The position numbers and the translations under genes were made by a program. From the sequence record PQ657772.1: a stretch of DNA of 64,000 nt; one strand, 5' to 3'. The notes under the pieces are model-generated. The model was not told where the DNA came from. It did not search any database and saw only the letters and a program-made list of their open reading frames with translations. This document shows positions 56,119 through 63,500 of this stretch, in pieces (position 1 is the first letter of the stretch; each line of letters starts with the position of its first letter).

Positions 56119-56182
56119 GTGGGCCGTCGCACCATTGCCGCCCTACGAGATACATTATCGCAGTACTGATATACTTTGTCAA
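56119..56182 (-). promoter_or_regulatory. Early promoter + stem-loop cassette
   Basis: TTGACA-17-GATAAT, GC hairpin before RBS. Confidence 0.72.
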
Positions 56183-56251
56183 TACTTTTTTTATTAATAG
56201 TTTTAGTTCCACCAGCAGATAGTTACTCACCGTTATTAACTATATATTTTG

Positions 56252-56335
56252 GATACACCTATGCACCCTGTGGGCTAGTTTTTGTCTATGCGTATATAAT
56301 AGCAAAGGGACTGACCGGAGTCAATCCCTTTTTTT
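56252..56335 (-). repeat. Terminator/promoter/small-RNA module, copy 1
   Basis: 41-bp core TATATAATAGCAAAGGGACTGACCGGAGTCAATCCCTTTTT identical at 56293, 59053, 62060. Confidence 0.85.
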
Positions 56336-56346
56336 ATTCTTTTTTG

Positions 56347-56547
56347 TTAGATGATTCTCCAATCATCAACGATCATGGTAAGATACCGAACCAGTGATTC
56401 GAGTGATTCGTGTTCTCGATAGTCTGCCGCTCCACCAGCGGTACAAGTACAGCCGATTAAGCCGTTTTGTAGTTCCTGGATCTTTACGTCGATCTGGTTG
56501 GCTTTAGCTTCTTTCAGTACTTCAACCAGGGCGATAGCGATAGACAT
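56347..56547 (-). CDS. Early-region hypothetical protein
   Basis: GGAG RBS after cassette. Confidence 0.75.
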   Translation of the reverse strand: MSIAIALVEVLKEAKANQIDVKIQELQNGLIGCTCTAGGAADYREHESLESLVRYLTMIVDDWRII

Positions 56548-56569
56548 AATGTTTTACTCCAAACTATTG

Positions 56570-56630
56570 GCGGGAGAACTATTCCCCCGCTCTATGTAAA
56601 ACATTATACATTACTGGTTAGTACTGTCAA
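56570..56630 (-). promoter_or_regulatory. Early promoter + stem-loop cassette
   Basis: TTGACA-16-TATAAT, hairpin CGGGGGAATAGTTCTCCCG. Confidence 0.8.
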
Positions 56631-56637
56631 ATAGTTT

Positions 56638-56895
56638 TTATGAAATATCTTCGATGTAGTCGGCCCATTTCATTTTTTCAGTACTGTCAATGGCTACCGG
56701 ATTATTTGGATCAAACCATTCACCATCACCGCAATACATACCCACGGCTACGGTTTTATAGCCATCCTGGGCCGTACACCACGACATTGCACGATAGATA
56801 TGGCCTTTAACTGGTTGCAGTACTGGTAACGTTTTATGGTCTTCTACGTAGGCCATAGCTTGAGGATTTACCCGATATTGTGTGAACTGATCCAT
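56638..56895 (-). CDS. Early-region hypothetical protein
   Basis: AAGGGG RBS; upstream TTGACA at 56947-56952. Confidence 0.75.
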   Translation of the reverse strand: MDQFTQYRVNPQAMAYVEDHKTLPVLQPVKGHIYRAMSWCTAQDGYKTVAVGMYCGDGEWFDPNNPVAIDSTEKMKWADYIEDIS

Positions 56896-56971
56896 TATGT
56901 TTCCCCTTGTAGTTAGTAAAGTTATTACATCAGTACTATCAAGCTATGTCAATAGTACTGAAATAAAACTT

Positions 56972-57196
56972 TTAGATTAGATTATTGAGGCCGTCAATGG
57001 TAGACTCACTTTCTTCTTTCTCCCATTGTCGGTAGTACTTCCATGCTTCATGATAGGTGGCGATTAGTTCATCTTTTTGATCCTGGTTACATGCCAGTAC
57101 TGAATCACGGTGAGCGGTGTTATAGATAGAATCGAATGATTTCTTCTCTTCTGCCAGGTTAGCTACTTCCCGCATCAGTTCATCAAAGTTAGCCAT
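56972..57196 (-). CDS. Early-region acidic helical protein
   Basis: AAGGAG RBS. Confidence 0.75.
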   Translation of the reverse strand: MANFDELMREVANLAEEKKSFDSIYNTAHRDSVLACNQDQKDELIATYHEAWKYYRQWEKEESESTIDGLNNLI

Positions 57197-57213
57197 TTTA
57201 TTACTCCTTTTAG

Positions 57214-57271
57214 TGGGGGAGGATATCTCCCCCTATGCAAAACATTATACTTTGTTTTAGTTATTATGCAA
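57214..57271 (-). promoter_or_regulatory. Early promoter + stem-loop cassette
   Basis: TTGCAT-16-TATAAT, hairpin GGGGGAGATATCCTCCCCC. Confidence 0.8.
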
Positions 57272-57527
57272 GTACTTTTTTCATATAAACATTAAATTCT
57301 ACACCGCCGTAACCTTCCACGATGATATGTTTTGCGTTATCACGTTTGCACATAGTGAAACCATCGTTTACGTGTTTTGCATTTTCCAGGGCGACATCAC
57401 CGATAGCGGCACATACGGCACTAATAACAGTATTCCGCAAAGTACTGGTATCATTGGCGGTCATAGTAGTTTGCAGTACTACGTTGTCGTATACGTGTGC
57501 ATTGATAGTGATTTCGATAGTGTTCAT
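57264..57527 (-). CDS. Early-region hypothetical protein
   Basis: AGGAG RBS; start moved to MNTIEIT. Confidence 0.75.
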   Translation of the reverse strand: MNTIEITINAHVYDNVVLQTTMTANDTSTLRNTVISAVCAAIGDVALENAKHVNDGFTMCKRDNAKHIIVEGYGGVEFNVYMKKVLA

Positions 57528-57545
57528 GGTGTATCTCCTGGACTT

Positions 57546-57607
57546 GAGGGGAAACCATTTCCCCCTCTCGATATAAAACATTATACGTTAATCTAACTAC
57601 AATGCAA
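57546..57607 (-). promoter_or_regulatory. Early promoter + stem-loop cassette
   Basis: TTGCAT-16-TATAAT, hairpin GAGGGGGAAATGGTTTCCCCTC. Confidence 0.8.
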
Positions 57608-57614
57608 GTACTTT

Positions 57615-57806
57615 TTAAATTTTATTTCCGATATAGTCCGGCATGTTCTTTTCAGTCATACGCTTTGCTAATGTCTGCATATGGCTTATAGCGTTCAAGG
57701 TGTCTTCCTCCAGGGATGAATCAAGATAATCAGGATCATTCTTCACCTTGCAATGATTATGATATCGTAGTACTGCCAGTACTTTTTTAACTTCTTCTAC
57801 TGTCAT
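57615..57806 (-). CDS. Early-region hypothetical protein
   Basis: Tiling ORF. Confidence 0.7.
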   Translation of the reverse strand: MTVEEVKKVLAVLRYHNHCKVKNDPDYLDSSLEEDTLNAISHMQTLAKRMTEKNMPDYIGNKI

Positions 57807-58075
57807 AATAAGTACCCCACTTCGTTAGCTTTCAGGTTAGTATCAATCATCAGTGGATTTTTGTAGTTCACAAAACGAGTAGTTTTCTCGATAGCGAAAC
57901 CCATATAATCCAGCTTACTAACAGTACATTCATTCTTAAAAACTTCTTTCGCTGCATCGATGGCTGATTGCATGGATAACCGACCATCTAAATTAATGTT
58001 TCCAAATGATCCACCAGCAGAAGTAGGATTACCGTTCATATCTTTAATGATCATAGTAGCGGAGTAGCTGGACAT
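57803..58075 (-). CDS. Early-region hypothetical protein
   Basis: AAGGA RBS after cassette. Confidence 0.75.
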   Translation of the reverse strand: MSSYSATMIIKDMNGNPTSAGGSFGNINLDGRLSMQSAIDAAKEVFKNECTVSKLDYMGFAIEKTTRFVNYKNPLMIDTNLKANEVGYLL

Positions 58076-58099
58076 AATTTTGTTTCCTTTTATTGGTGT

Positions 58100-58164
58100 G
58101 GGGAGAACTATTCTCCCCTTGATGTAAACTATTATACAGTACTGATATACTTTGTCAAATACTT
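58100..58164 (-). promoter_or_regulatory. Early promoter + stem-loop cassette (65 bp identical to 58594..58658)
   Basis: TTGACA-AAGTATATCAGTACTG-TATAAT, hairpin GGGGAGAATAGTTCTCCCC. Confidence 0.85.
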
Positions 58165-58572
58165 TTATTCGCCCATATAGATTAGATTATCATCGCCTAC
58201 ATAGGGATCGCAAACGTTGATTTCTTCGCAGTACTTAGTGAATATATCATCATAGTGACCGATATCACGATCCCAAAAACCAGTGCCGTGACCTTCGCGA
58301 GTAAGAAAGAGATCATGACCTGCATGACTATAAGTATAATCAGGATTATGGTGTTTTTGTACTGTTTCCATATCTTCACCATGTACAGCAAGGAAACGTG
58401 AACATGCAATCACTGCCGCTTGATGGGCTTGCTCTGATAATTCATAATCTTCCAGGTAATCGCCGTTCTCATTGTGTACAGTACTGAATTGCATAGCTTC
58501 AATGTAACCAGCGACCATTGCAGCATGATTTTTATCGTTGGCGATGGACCGAGCTTGATTAGTAGTAGTCAT
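58165..58572 (-). CDS. Early-region protein with GHDxxLTRxGHGxGFWDR motif
   Basis: AGHDLFLTREGHGTGFWDRD; function unknown. Confidence 0.75.
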   Translation of the reverse strand: MTTTNQARSIANDKNHAAMVAGYIEAMQFSTVHNENGDYLEDYELSEQAHQAAVIACSRFLAVHGEDMETVQKHHNPDYTYSHAGHDLFLTREGHGTGFWDRDIGHYDDIFTKYCEEINVCDPYVGDDNLIYMGE

Positions 58573-58593
58573 GATTTTATTCCTTTTAGTATC

Positions 58594-58658
58594 GGGGAGA
58601 ACTATTCTCCCCTTGATGTAAACTATTATACAGTACTGATATACTTTGTCAAATACTT
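58594..58658 (-). promoter_or_regulatory. Early promoter + stem-loop cassette (65 bp identical to 58100..58164)
   Basis: Exact direct repeat. Confidence 0.85.
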
Positions 58659-58878
58659 AATTACGGATAAAGTGATAAAGACCATTATCATCATTAACGC
58701 CCCATACTGATTTACCATTTAAACCAGTGAAGCCGGATTGCAATTCAATATGGAAACCGTTAGCATCAACGACGAAAACTTTTTTATTTTCATCCCGATA
58801 GCATTGATATTCTTCACCTGCTTTAAATGCTGCATCATTCAGAAGATTTGAAGCGTGAACGCAGGTCATAGTAGTCAT
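58657..58878 (-). CDS. Early-region hypothetical protein
   Basis: AAGGA RBS; start moved to MTTMTC. Confidence 0.72.
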   Translation of the reverse strand: MTTMTCVHASNLLNDAAFKAGEEYQCYRDENKKVFVVDANGFHIELQSGFTGLNGKSVWGVNDDNGLYHFIRN

Positions 58879-58900
58879 CGTCTTGATTCCTTTTAGTACC

Positions 58901-58961
58901 AGGGAGAACCATTTCCCCCTCTCGATATAAAACATTATACGCTCATTGAGATAGTTTGCAA
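58901..58961 (-). promoter_or_regulatory. Early promoter + stem-loop cassette
   Basis: TTGCAA-16-TATAAT, hairpin AGGGGGAAATGGTTCTCCCT. Confidence 0.8.
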
Positions 58962-59006
58962 GTACTTTTTATCAAATAGTTTTCAGTACTGAATACTTAT
59001 ATAATA

Positions 59007-59094
59007 GATACACTTCCGCACCCTATGGGTCAGTGAGTTATCTCTCAATGGATATATAATAGCAAAGGGACTGACCGGAGTCAATCCCTTTTTT
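59007..59094 (-). repeat. Terminator/promoter/small-RNA module, copy 2
   Basis: 41-bp core identical; downstream ACCCATAGGGT hairpin. Confidence 0.85.
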
Positions 59095-59102
59095 AATCTT
59101 TT

Positions 59103-59687
59103 TTATCGTGTTACCTTACTTGCTGCCACATCACGCTTTTTATAGTACTGATTCCAGATATTGCTGGTTAAACCGTAATCAAGTACTTTAATAAGTCCAT
59201 TACGATCCTGGCCGATATTCTGTTTTCTGATATCTCTTATCGTTAGTGTTGATAATGTATCATCAACGTGTTGTAGTGCATCAGCAAAGCGGTGCTGGCG
59301 TTCGATTGCATTACGTTTAATATTGTACTTTAATTCATTGCACGCGTTTACGTGCTTCACACTGCCTTTGCTTGCAGTACTCAACCGATCCATAACGATA
59401 AACATATTATCAGGATCGCATAAATGCATATGCACCTTTGCAAAGTACTGTTTCAACTGAGGGCGGTCATAGTCTAAAAAATTCCATACCTTACATTCAG
59501 TTTCATTTTGTTCGACACCCGCATCACAATTCGCGACCTTAATCACTAACCGATCATTTAAAGCGAATACTATACGGGAAGAACCAGCACCGATGATCTC
59601 CAGGCCAGCTAACCGACAAGCTGAAAGGATCTCTTTGTTGGTTTCCATTTCTGACAGTGTACGGATGAATTTAGTATATTTACGCAT
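59103..59687 (-). CDS. Protein kinase-like (ePK/APH-fold) early protein
   Basis: Gly-rich IGAGSSRIVF, VIKVA, NETE, catalytic DIRKQNIG, VLDYGL; start moved to MRKYTK. Confidence 0.78.
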   Translation of the reverse strand: MRKYTKFIRTLSEMETNKEILSACRLAGLEIIGAGSSRIVFALNDRLVIKVANCDAGVEQNETECKVWNFLDYDRPQLKQYFAKVHMHLCDPDNMFIVMDRLSTASKGSVKHVNACNELKYNIKRNAIERQHRFADALQHVDDTLSTLTIRDIRKQNIGQDRNGLIKVLDYGLTSNIWNQYYKKRDVAASKVTR

Positions 59688-59718
59688 TGCATGTTCTCCT
59701 TGAGTTAATGAAACTATA

Positions 59719-59961
59719 TTACAGTACTTTACTATCAATGGCAACTACTTTTTTAACATTAACGGCGTGGATCACTTCCTTAGTGTTTTTAGTACTGAAT
59801 ACTTTCGCCGCTCCTTGTTCGACCGTGATACGATAGCGACCATTAACATCAACCATATTAATAAAGTCCGGCGTGCTGAATGGTGTTGTTTTACATTTGA
59901 GTACTGTTAACAGTTCCACCAGCGATGTAGTTTCTTTGATACGTTTTTCTAAAGTAATCAT
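59719..59961 (-). CDS. Early-region hypothetical protein
   Basis: GGGGGGA RBS; promoter TTGACA-17-TATTAT at 59991-60019. Confidence 0.72.
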   Translation of the reverse strand: MITLEKRIKETTSLVELLTVLKCKTTPFSTPDFINMVDVNGRYRITVEQGAAKVFSTKNTKEVIHAVNVKKVVAIDSKVL

Positions 59962-60015
59962 TTTGTTTCCCCCCGTGTTGGTATGTGTACATAATACTAA
60001 AACAATTGAGTACTG

Positions 60016-60270
60016 TCAACGTGATATTAGTTTTATTTTCTTATTGTATTGTTGATGCTCATAAAGGTTTATCTTTCCTGTGTTCTCGATTACTATCCTG
60101 TTGTTAGTGTCCACGTCGATTACACGCAGTTTCCCGTTGCTTAACTTCCTAGGTAATAGGTTACCATTAATAAACTCATTAGCAAGCTGTACGGCCTTTG
60201 TGATGATTCTCTGAGGTGCTTTATAGTGTACCCGTAAGATGTTATCTTTATATAGTTGAACCTTAATCAT
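60016..60270 (-). CDS. Possible ParE/RelE-like toxin-fold protein
   Basis: P.RI..KA......G....RKL......V....RI......EHQQYN pattern recalled from phage ParE-like family; not searched. Confidence 0.45.
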   Translation of the reverse strand: MIKVQLYKDNILRVHYKAPQRIITKAVQLANEFINGNLLPRKLSNGKLRVIDVDTNNRIVIENTGKINLYEHQQYNKKIKLISR

Positions 60271-60284
60271 TTTGTTTGTCCTAT

Positions 60285-60310
60285 AAAAAAGGCGGGAACT
60301 GATCCCGCCG
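60285..60310 (-). terminator. Intrinsic terminator
   Basis: GGCGGGA-TCAGT-TCCCGCC then TTTTTT. Confidence 0.8.
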
Positions 60311-60331
60311 TGTTGTTAGTACTGCAAGTTA

Positions 60332-60736
60332 TTAGATAACCTGGCGGCGTTTACTGTATACTGTTACACGATTACCCTTACGGTCGTGTCGGATCTCTTT
60401 CTGGTTGCGAATCAGTTCACTTGGACGCTTAAGGTTTGCCAGGTGATCCGCGTGAGTCCATGCATTTGCGTTAACTGTAACTTCAATATCAGAACCTTTC
60501 AAGAAGTCATCTTGAGCGTTCAGTACTTCAGCCAGTTCTTGAGCTTGCTTTAGTTCTGCTGCTGTAAGTACAGGCTCAGGTGAATTCACAATATCAGAGA
60601 TCTCTTTGAACTGTACCGCCCAGCGTTTACCAGTAGGAGAATCTTTACCCATGTCTTTAAATGTTTCACCTTCCTCACGGGCAACGATGCGAGCTTGTTC
60701 ACGGGTAGCGAAGAATTTAGTAATCATGGTGTACAT
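60332..60736 (-). CDS. Early-region hypothetical protein
   Basis: AGGA RBS; promoter TTGACA-17-TATAAT at 60776-60804. Confidence 0.78.
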   Translation of the reverse strand: MYTMITKFFATREQARIVAREEGETFKDMGKDSPTGKRWAVQFKEISDIVNSPEPVLTAAELKQAQELAEVLNAQDDFLKGSDIEVTVNANAWTHADHLANLKRPSELIRNQKEIRHDRKGNRVTVYSKRRQVI

Positions 60737-60826
60737 CCTATTAGTTAAGTTAATTAGTACTACAAGTTAGAGTCTATTATAAAGTACTATCTGGGCAATG
60801 TCAAATAGTACTTTAAATGGATTCTA

Positions 60827-61150
60827 TTACATGTCTTTCTTACGTTTTACATCGTAGTAGCGAACTGTAATTTCTTTGTTGATCTCTTTCTCAATTCTGT
60901 GTAGTACTTTCTCTTTCGGGTTGAAACCTATTACAGTTTCCTTAATGATTTCTAAACCCGTGTACTCACCTTGTGTGCCGTAACCGTATGTAAAGGTTTC
61001 GTGTCCCAGGTCTTCCCAGCGATCACCAATCAATGCGGACACGTAGCAGGAGTGGTAAGTATTGCCGTGGCTATCAGTCCACCGATTAACTTTAATGTCA
61101 AAGGAGGTTACAATTTTCAGTTCTACTTTCTGGGTAAGGATCATAGCCAT
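60827..61150 (-). CDS. Early-region hypothetical protein
   Basis: Follows cassette 61174..61234. Confidence 0.78.
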   Translation of the reverse strand: MAMILTQKVELKIVTSFDIKVNRWTDSHGNTYHSCYVSALIGDRWEDLGHETFTYGYGTQGEYTGLEIIKETVIGFNPKEKVLHRIEKEINKEITVRYYDVKRKKDM

Positions 61151-61173
61151 TTTTATTTCTCTCTCTTTGTTAG

Positions 61174-61234
61174 GAGGGGAACCATTCCCCTCGCTTGATG
61201 TAAACTATTATACAGTACTAAGATACTTTGTCAA
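61174..61234 (-). promoter_or_regulatory. Early promoter + stem-loop cassette
   Basis: TTGACA-16-TATAAT with AGTACT in spacer; near-identical to 61444..61505. Confidence 0.82.
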
Positions 61235-61237
61235 TAC

Positions 61238-61420
61238 TTATTTTTTGGAAAGTTTACGCATTAATTCTACGCTTTCTTGTGAACGTTTTGCTACTTGACA
61301 AGCTGCATGGGCAGTAAACATTTTTGTATAGTCTGACGCTTTGCCACCGAACCGAGCGGCACGTTCACGGGCACTTGGAACTAATACGATTTCTTTCTTA
61401 CAGATAGTGCACTTAGCCAT
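61238..61420 (-). CDS. Small zinc-binding (CxxC...HxxC) early protein
   Basis: MAKCTICKK...TAHAAC; start moved. Confidence 0.7.
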   Translation of the reverse strand: MAKCTICKKEIVLVPSARERAARFGGKASDYTKMFTAHAACQVAKRSQESVELMRKLSKK

Positions 61421-61443
61421 TTTAATTTCTCTCTCTTTGTTAG

Positions 61444-61505
61444 GAGGGGAACCGTTTCCCCTCACTTGATGTAAACTATTATACAGTACTAAGATACTTT
61501 GTCAA
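61444..61505 (-). promoter_or_regulatory. Early promoter + stem-loop cassette
   Basis: TTGACA-16-TATAAT, hairpin GAGGGGAAACGGTTCCCCTC. Confidence 0.82.
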
Positions 61506-61508
61506 TAC

Positions 61509-61784
61509 TTAAGTATTGTAAATGTCGTGAATAGTGATAAAGTTTTTACGACCGTAAACATGTAAATCAGTATCAATGTAGTGCTTATCAAGTACATCCT
61601 CGACGCTTAAAGACGTGTCGTGAATATCTTCATAAAATTGTGGATCAACAATCGTGCTTAAGTCATCTGGCGTTAACTTATCGTTAAGGCATTGAACCGC
61701 CTGGATATCTGCTTCACGTTTCCATTGTTCCAGATTAGTAGTCAGTACTTGCTCGATTTCGTTAGCTGTAAGTAAAGTCCGCAT
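61509..61784 (-). CDS. Early-region acidic protein
   Basis: AAGGA RBS; promoter TTGACA-16-TATAAT at 61818-61845. Confidence 0.75.
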   Translation of the reverse strand: MRTLLTANEIEQVLTTNLEQWKREADIQAVQCLNDKLTPDDLSTIVDPQFYEDIHDTSLSVEDVLDKHYIDTDLHVYGRKNFITIHDIYNT

Positions 61785-61894
61785 TTTAATGTTTCCTTAT
61801 CAGTGGTTGATGTAAGTATTATACTCGTTTACTTTCTATTGTCAAACTATTTTATCAGGGGAGTTTTTCGTATGTCTTACTCCTGGACTACTTA

Positions 61895-61961
61895 ACGGGG
61901 TTACTTATTTCGTTCCCCGTCCTGATGTAAAACATTATACGCTTATCGTGATACTTTGCAA
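61895..61961 (-). promoter_or_regulatory. Early promoter + stem-loop cassette with no downstream ORF
   Basis: TTGCAA-16-TATAAT, hairpin, AGGAG, but no ATG/GTG ORF before the next promoter. Confidence 0.7.
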
Positions 61962-62018
61962 GTACTTTTTTAAAAATAGTTTTCAGTACTTGATAGTACT
62001 AGCCACCAGCAAACAATA

Positions 62019-62100
62019 GATACATTTATGCACCCGGTGGGCTAATTTGTTTCTATGCGTATATAATAGCAAAGGGACTGACCGGAGTCAATCCCTTTTT
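62019..62100 (-). repeat. Terminator/promoter/small-RNA module, copy 3
   Basis: 41-bp core identical; downstream GCCCACCGGGT hairpin. Confidence 0.85.
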
Positions 62101-62109
62101 CAATTATTT

Positions 62110-62259
62110 TTAAACTTCTTTCGGGTTGCGATATGTGATAGCGTTCGGGTACATTTGTTTAATGTTATTCCATGCCTGGTTAACATTATAACCACTTGAT
62201 CGAATCAGTTGGTTATTACCGACACCTTGAAACACTACTTCAAATAAGAATTCTTTCAT
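62110..62259 (-). CDS. 49-aa early protein (not in ORF track)
   Basis: MKEFLFEVVFQGVGNNQLIRSSGYNVNQAWNNIKQMYPNAITYRNPKEV; ATGA overlap. Confidence 0.65.
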   Translation of the reverse strand: MKEFLFEVVFQGVGNNQLIRSSGYNVNQAWNNIKQMYPNAITYRNPKEV

Positions 62260-62429
62260 GCTTTCACCTCGCTATCTGCTTTGCCTTTACGCCAGGCCGT
62301 TGCTAATTGTTCGCGTTGCCATAAGTCGAGTGATACGTAAAGTTTTGCATTATCACCCTTCGGATATTCGCCAGTAGTACCAATCCGATAAAACAGATCT
62401 TTCAGTACTGTTAATTCTACCTGGACCAT
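62256..62429 (-). CDS. Early-region hypothetical protein
   Basis: GAGGA RBS; start moved to MVQVELTV. Confidence 0.7.
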   Translation of the reverse strand: MVQVELTVLKDLFYRIGTTGEYPKGDNAKLYVSLDLWQREQLATAWRKGKADSEVKA

Positions 62430-62450
62430 TATACTTTCCTCTTTGTTAGG

Positions 62451-62508
62451 AGGGGAACTATTCCCCTTCCGATATAAAACATTATACACTTTATTCAGTA
62501 CTGTGCAA
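62451..62508 (-). promoter_or_regulatory. Early promoter + stem-loop cassette
   Basis: TTGCAC-16-TATAAT, hairpin AGGGGAATAGTTCCCCT. Confidence 0.8.
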
Positions 62509-62515
62509 GTACTTT

Positions 62516-62728
62516 TTAATCTTTCAGCCAATGATCCTGAATGAATTTTTCACCGGAACCGTGCTGCATTGATTGTAACAGACGTTCGCGATGAGCGGCG
62601 GCGAATTGCTCAGTACTATGCGTTACACCTGGTTGATATCTGGATTCACCATTTGGGGCGATGTATTGTACATCCCACGGTTTTTCGTTAGTATCAGACC
62701 ATTTACGAACGATTAGTTGACCTTGCAT
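62516..62728 (-). CDS. Early-region hypothetical protein
   Basis: GAGGA RBS. Confidence 0.72.
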   Translation of the reverse strand: MQGQLIVRKWSDTNEKPWDVQYIAPNGESRYQPGVTHSTEQFAAAHRERLLQSMQHGSGEKFIQDHWLKD

Positions 62729-62745
62729 TTTTCTTTCCTCTTAGT

Positions 62746-62805
62746 GGGGAGAATCATTTCTCCCCTTCATGTAAACTATTATACAGTACTATAATCTATT
62801 GTCCA
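62746..62805 (-). promoter_or_regulatory. Early promoter + stem-loop cassette
   Basis: TGGACA-16-TATAAT, hairpin GGGGAGAAATGATTCTCCCC. Confidence 0.78.
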
Positions 62806-62813
62806 GTACTTTT

Positions 62814-63002
62814 TTACAGTTTATGAATTAATTCTTTATCTAAGCGATAGCGTACATTATTAATGGTAACAGCATTATTTTTAATGCTACGCTGTACGGG
62901 TCCACCAGCAATAACAAACGTTGCTTTATTGCCCCGAACAATGATAGCACTTCCAGGATTACCGAAATCATCTTGTACTAAAATACTTGATAAGTTTTCC
63001 AT
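62814..63002 (-). CDS. Early-region hypothetical protein
   Basis: GAGGA RBS. Confidence 0.72.
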   Translation of the reverse strand: MENLSSILVQDDFGNPGSAIIVRGNKATFVIAGGPVQRSIKNNAVTINNVRYRLDKELIHKL

Positions 63003-63019
63003 TTTTATTTCCTCTTAGT

Positions 63020-63077
63020 AGGGGAAGATGTTTCCCCTTGATGCAAGTACTATAACAGTACTGAAAACTAAATGCAA
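63020..63077 (-). promoter_or_regulatory. Early promoter + stem-loop cassette
   Basis: TTGCAT-17-TATAGT, hairpin AGGGGAAACATCTTCCCCT. Confidence 0.75.
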
Positions 63078-63080
63078 GTA

Positions 63081-63437
63081 CTATGATAAAATCATGATAG
63101 GATATTCACTATCGATCAGTACCTCGAATCCGAAACCTTCGTACCATTCTTTAAGATTAAAGGCGTTATCTTCTCCCGTATCGCATTCTAAGATGATACA
63201 ATCTGAATCATCGGCGGCATCAATAAAGGCATTCATTAATTCGTTACCTTCACCATTGCCCCGACTATCAGGATCAACATAAAGAGAATCAATAAACGCT
63301 ACACGGTCATAATCAAGATCCGGTGCAATGATTCCACGTTTAACAAACCAGTACTGCAATTGTGCTACTTTGCCCTGTACCTGATAACCAGTGATCTCGC
63401 CATTGTCAGTAGTACGCGTGATATGTTGTATTCCCAT
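63081..63437 (-). CDS. GNAT-family acetyltransferase
   Basis: IDSLYVDPDSRGNGEG (motif A, RGxGxG), LKEWYEGFGF; promoter TTGACA-16-TATAAT at 63467-63494. Confidence 0.8.
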   Translation of the reverse strand: MGIQHITRTTDNGEITGYQVQGKVAQLQYWFVKRGIIAPDLDYDRVAFIDSLYVDPDSRGNGEGNELMNAFIDAADDSDCIILECDTGEDNAFNLKEWYEGFGFEVLIDSEYPIMILS

Positions 63438-63500
63438 GATTACTATCCTCAGTTAAGATATAAAACATTATACACTATCTTTCAGTACTGTCAATACTTT

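Noticed and set aside
2219-58409. Nested same-strand ORFs (2219, 5411, 11663, 17208, 28772, 29077, 35006, 42044, 44626, 58197)
   Set aside because: Fully inside longer genes in another frame, with no RBS or motif support
59020-59047. Resemblance of CTCACTGACCCATAGGGTGC to the type I-F CRISPR repeat (RNA anti-CRISPR idea)
   Set aside because: Only about 14 of 21 positions match, the CTGCC/GGCAG stem needed by Cas6f is absent, and the other two copies do not match; kept only as a remote possibility
55679-62531. Shared N-terminal peptides MFYIERGKW / YNVL..GN.SPP in several track ORFs
   Set aside because: They are translations of the repeated promoter-hairpin cassette upstream of the true starts
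55699-63500. CRISPR array
   Set aside because: Repeats are separated by whole genes of 200-600 bp rather than 30-40-nt spacers and are explained as promoters; no cas genes
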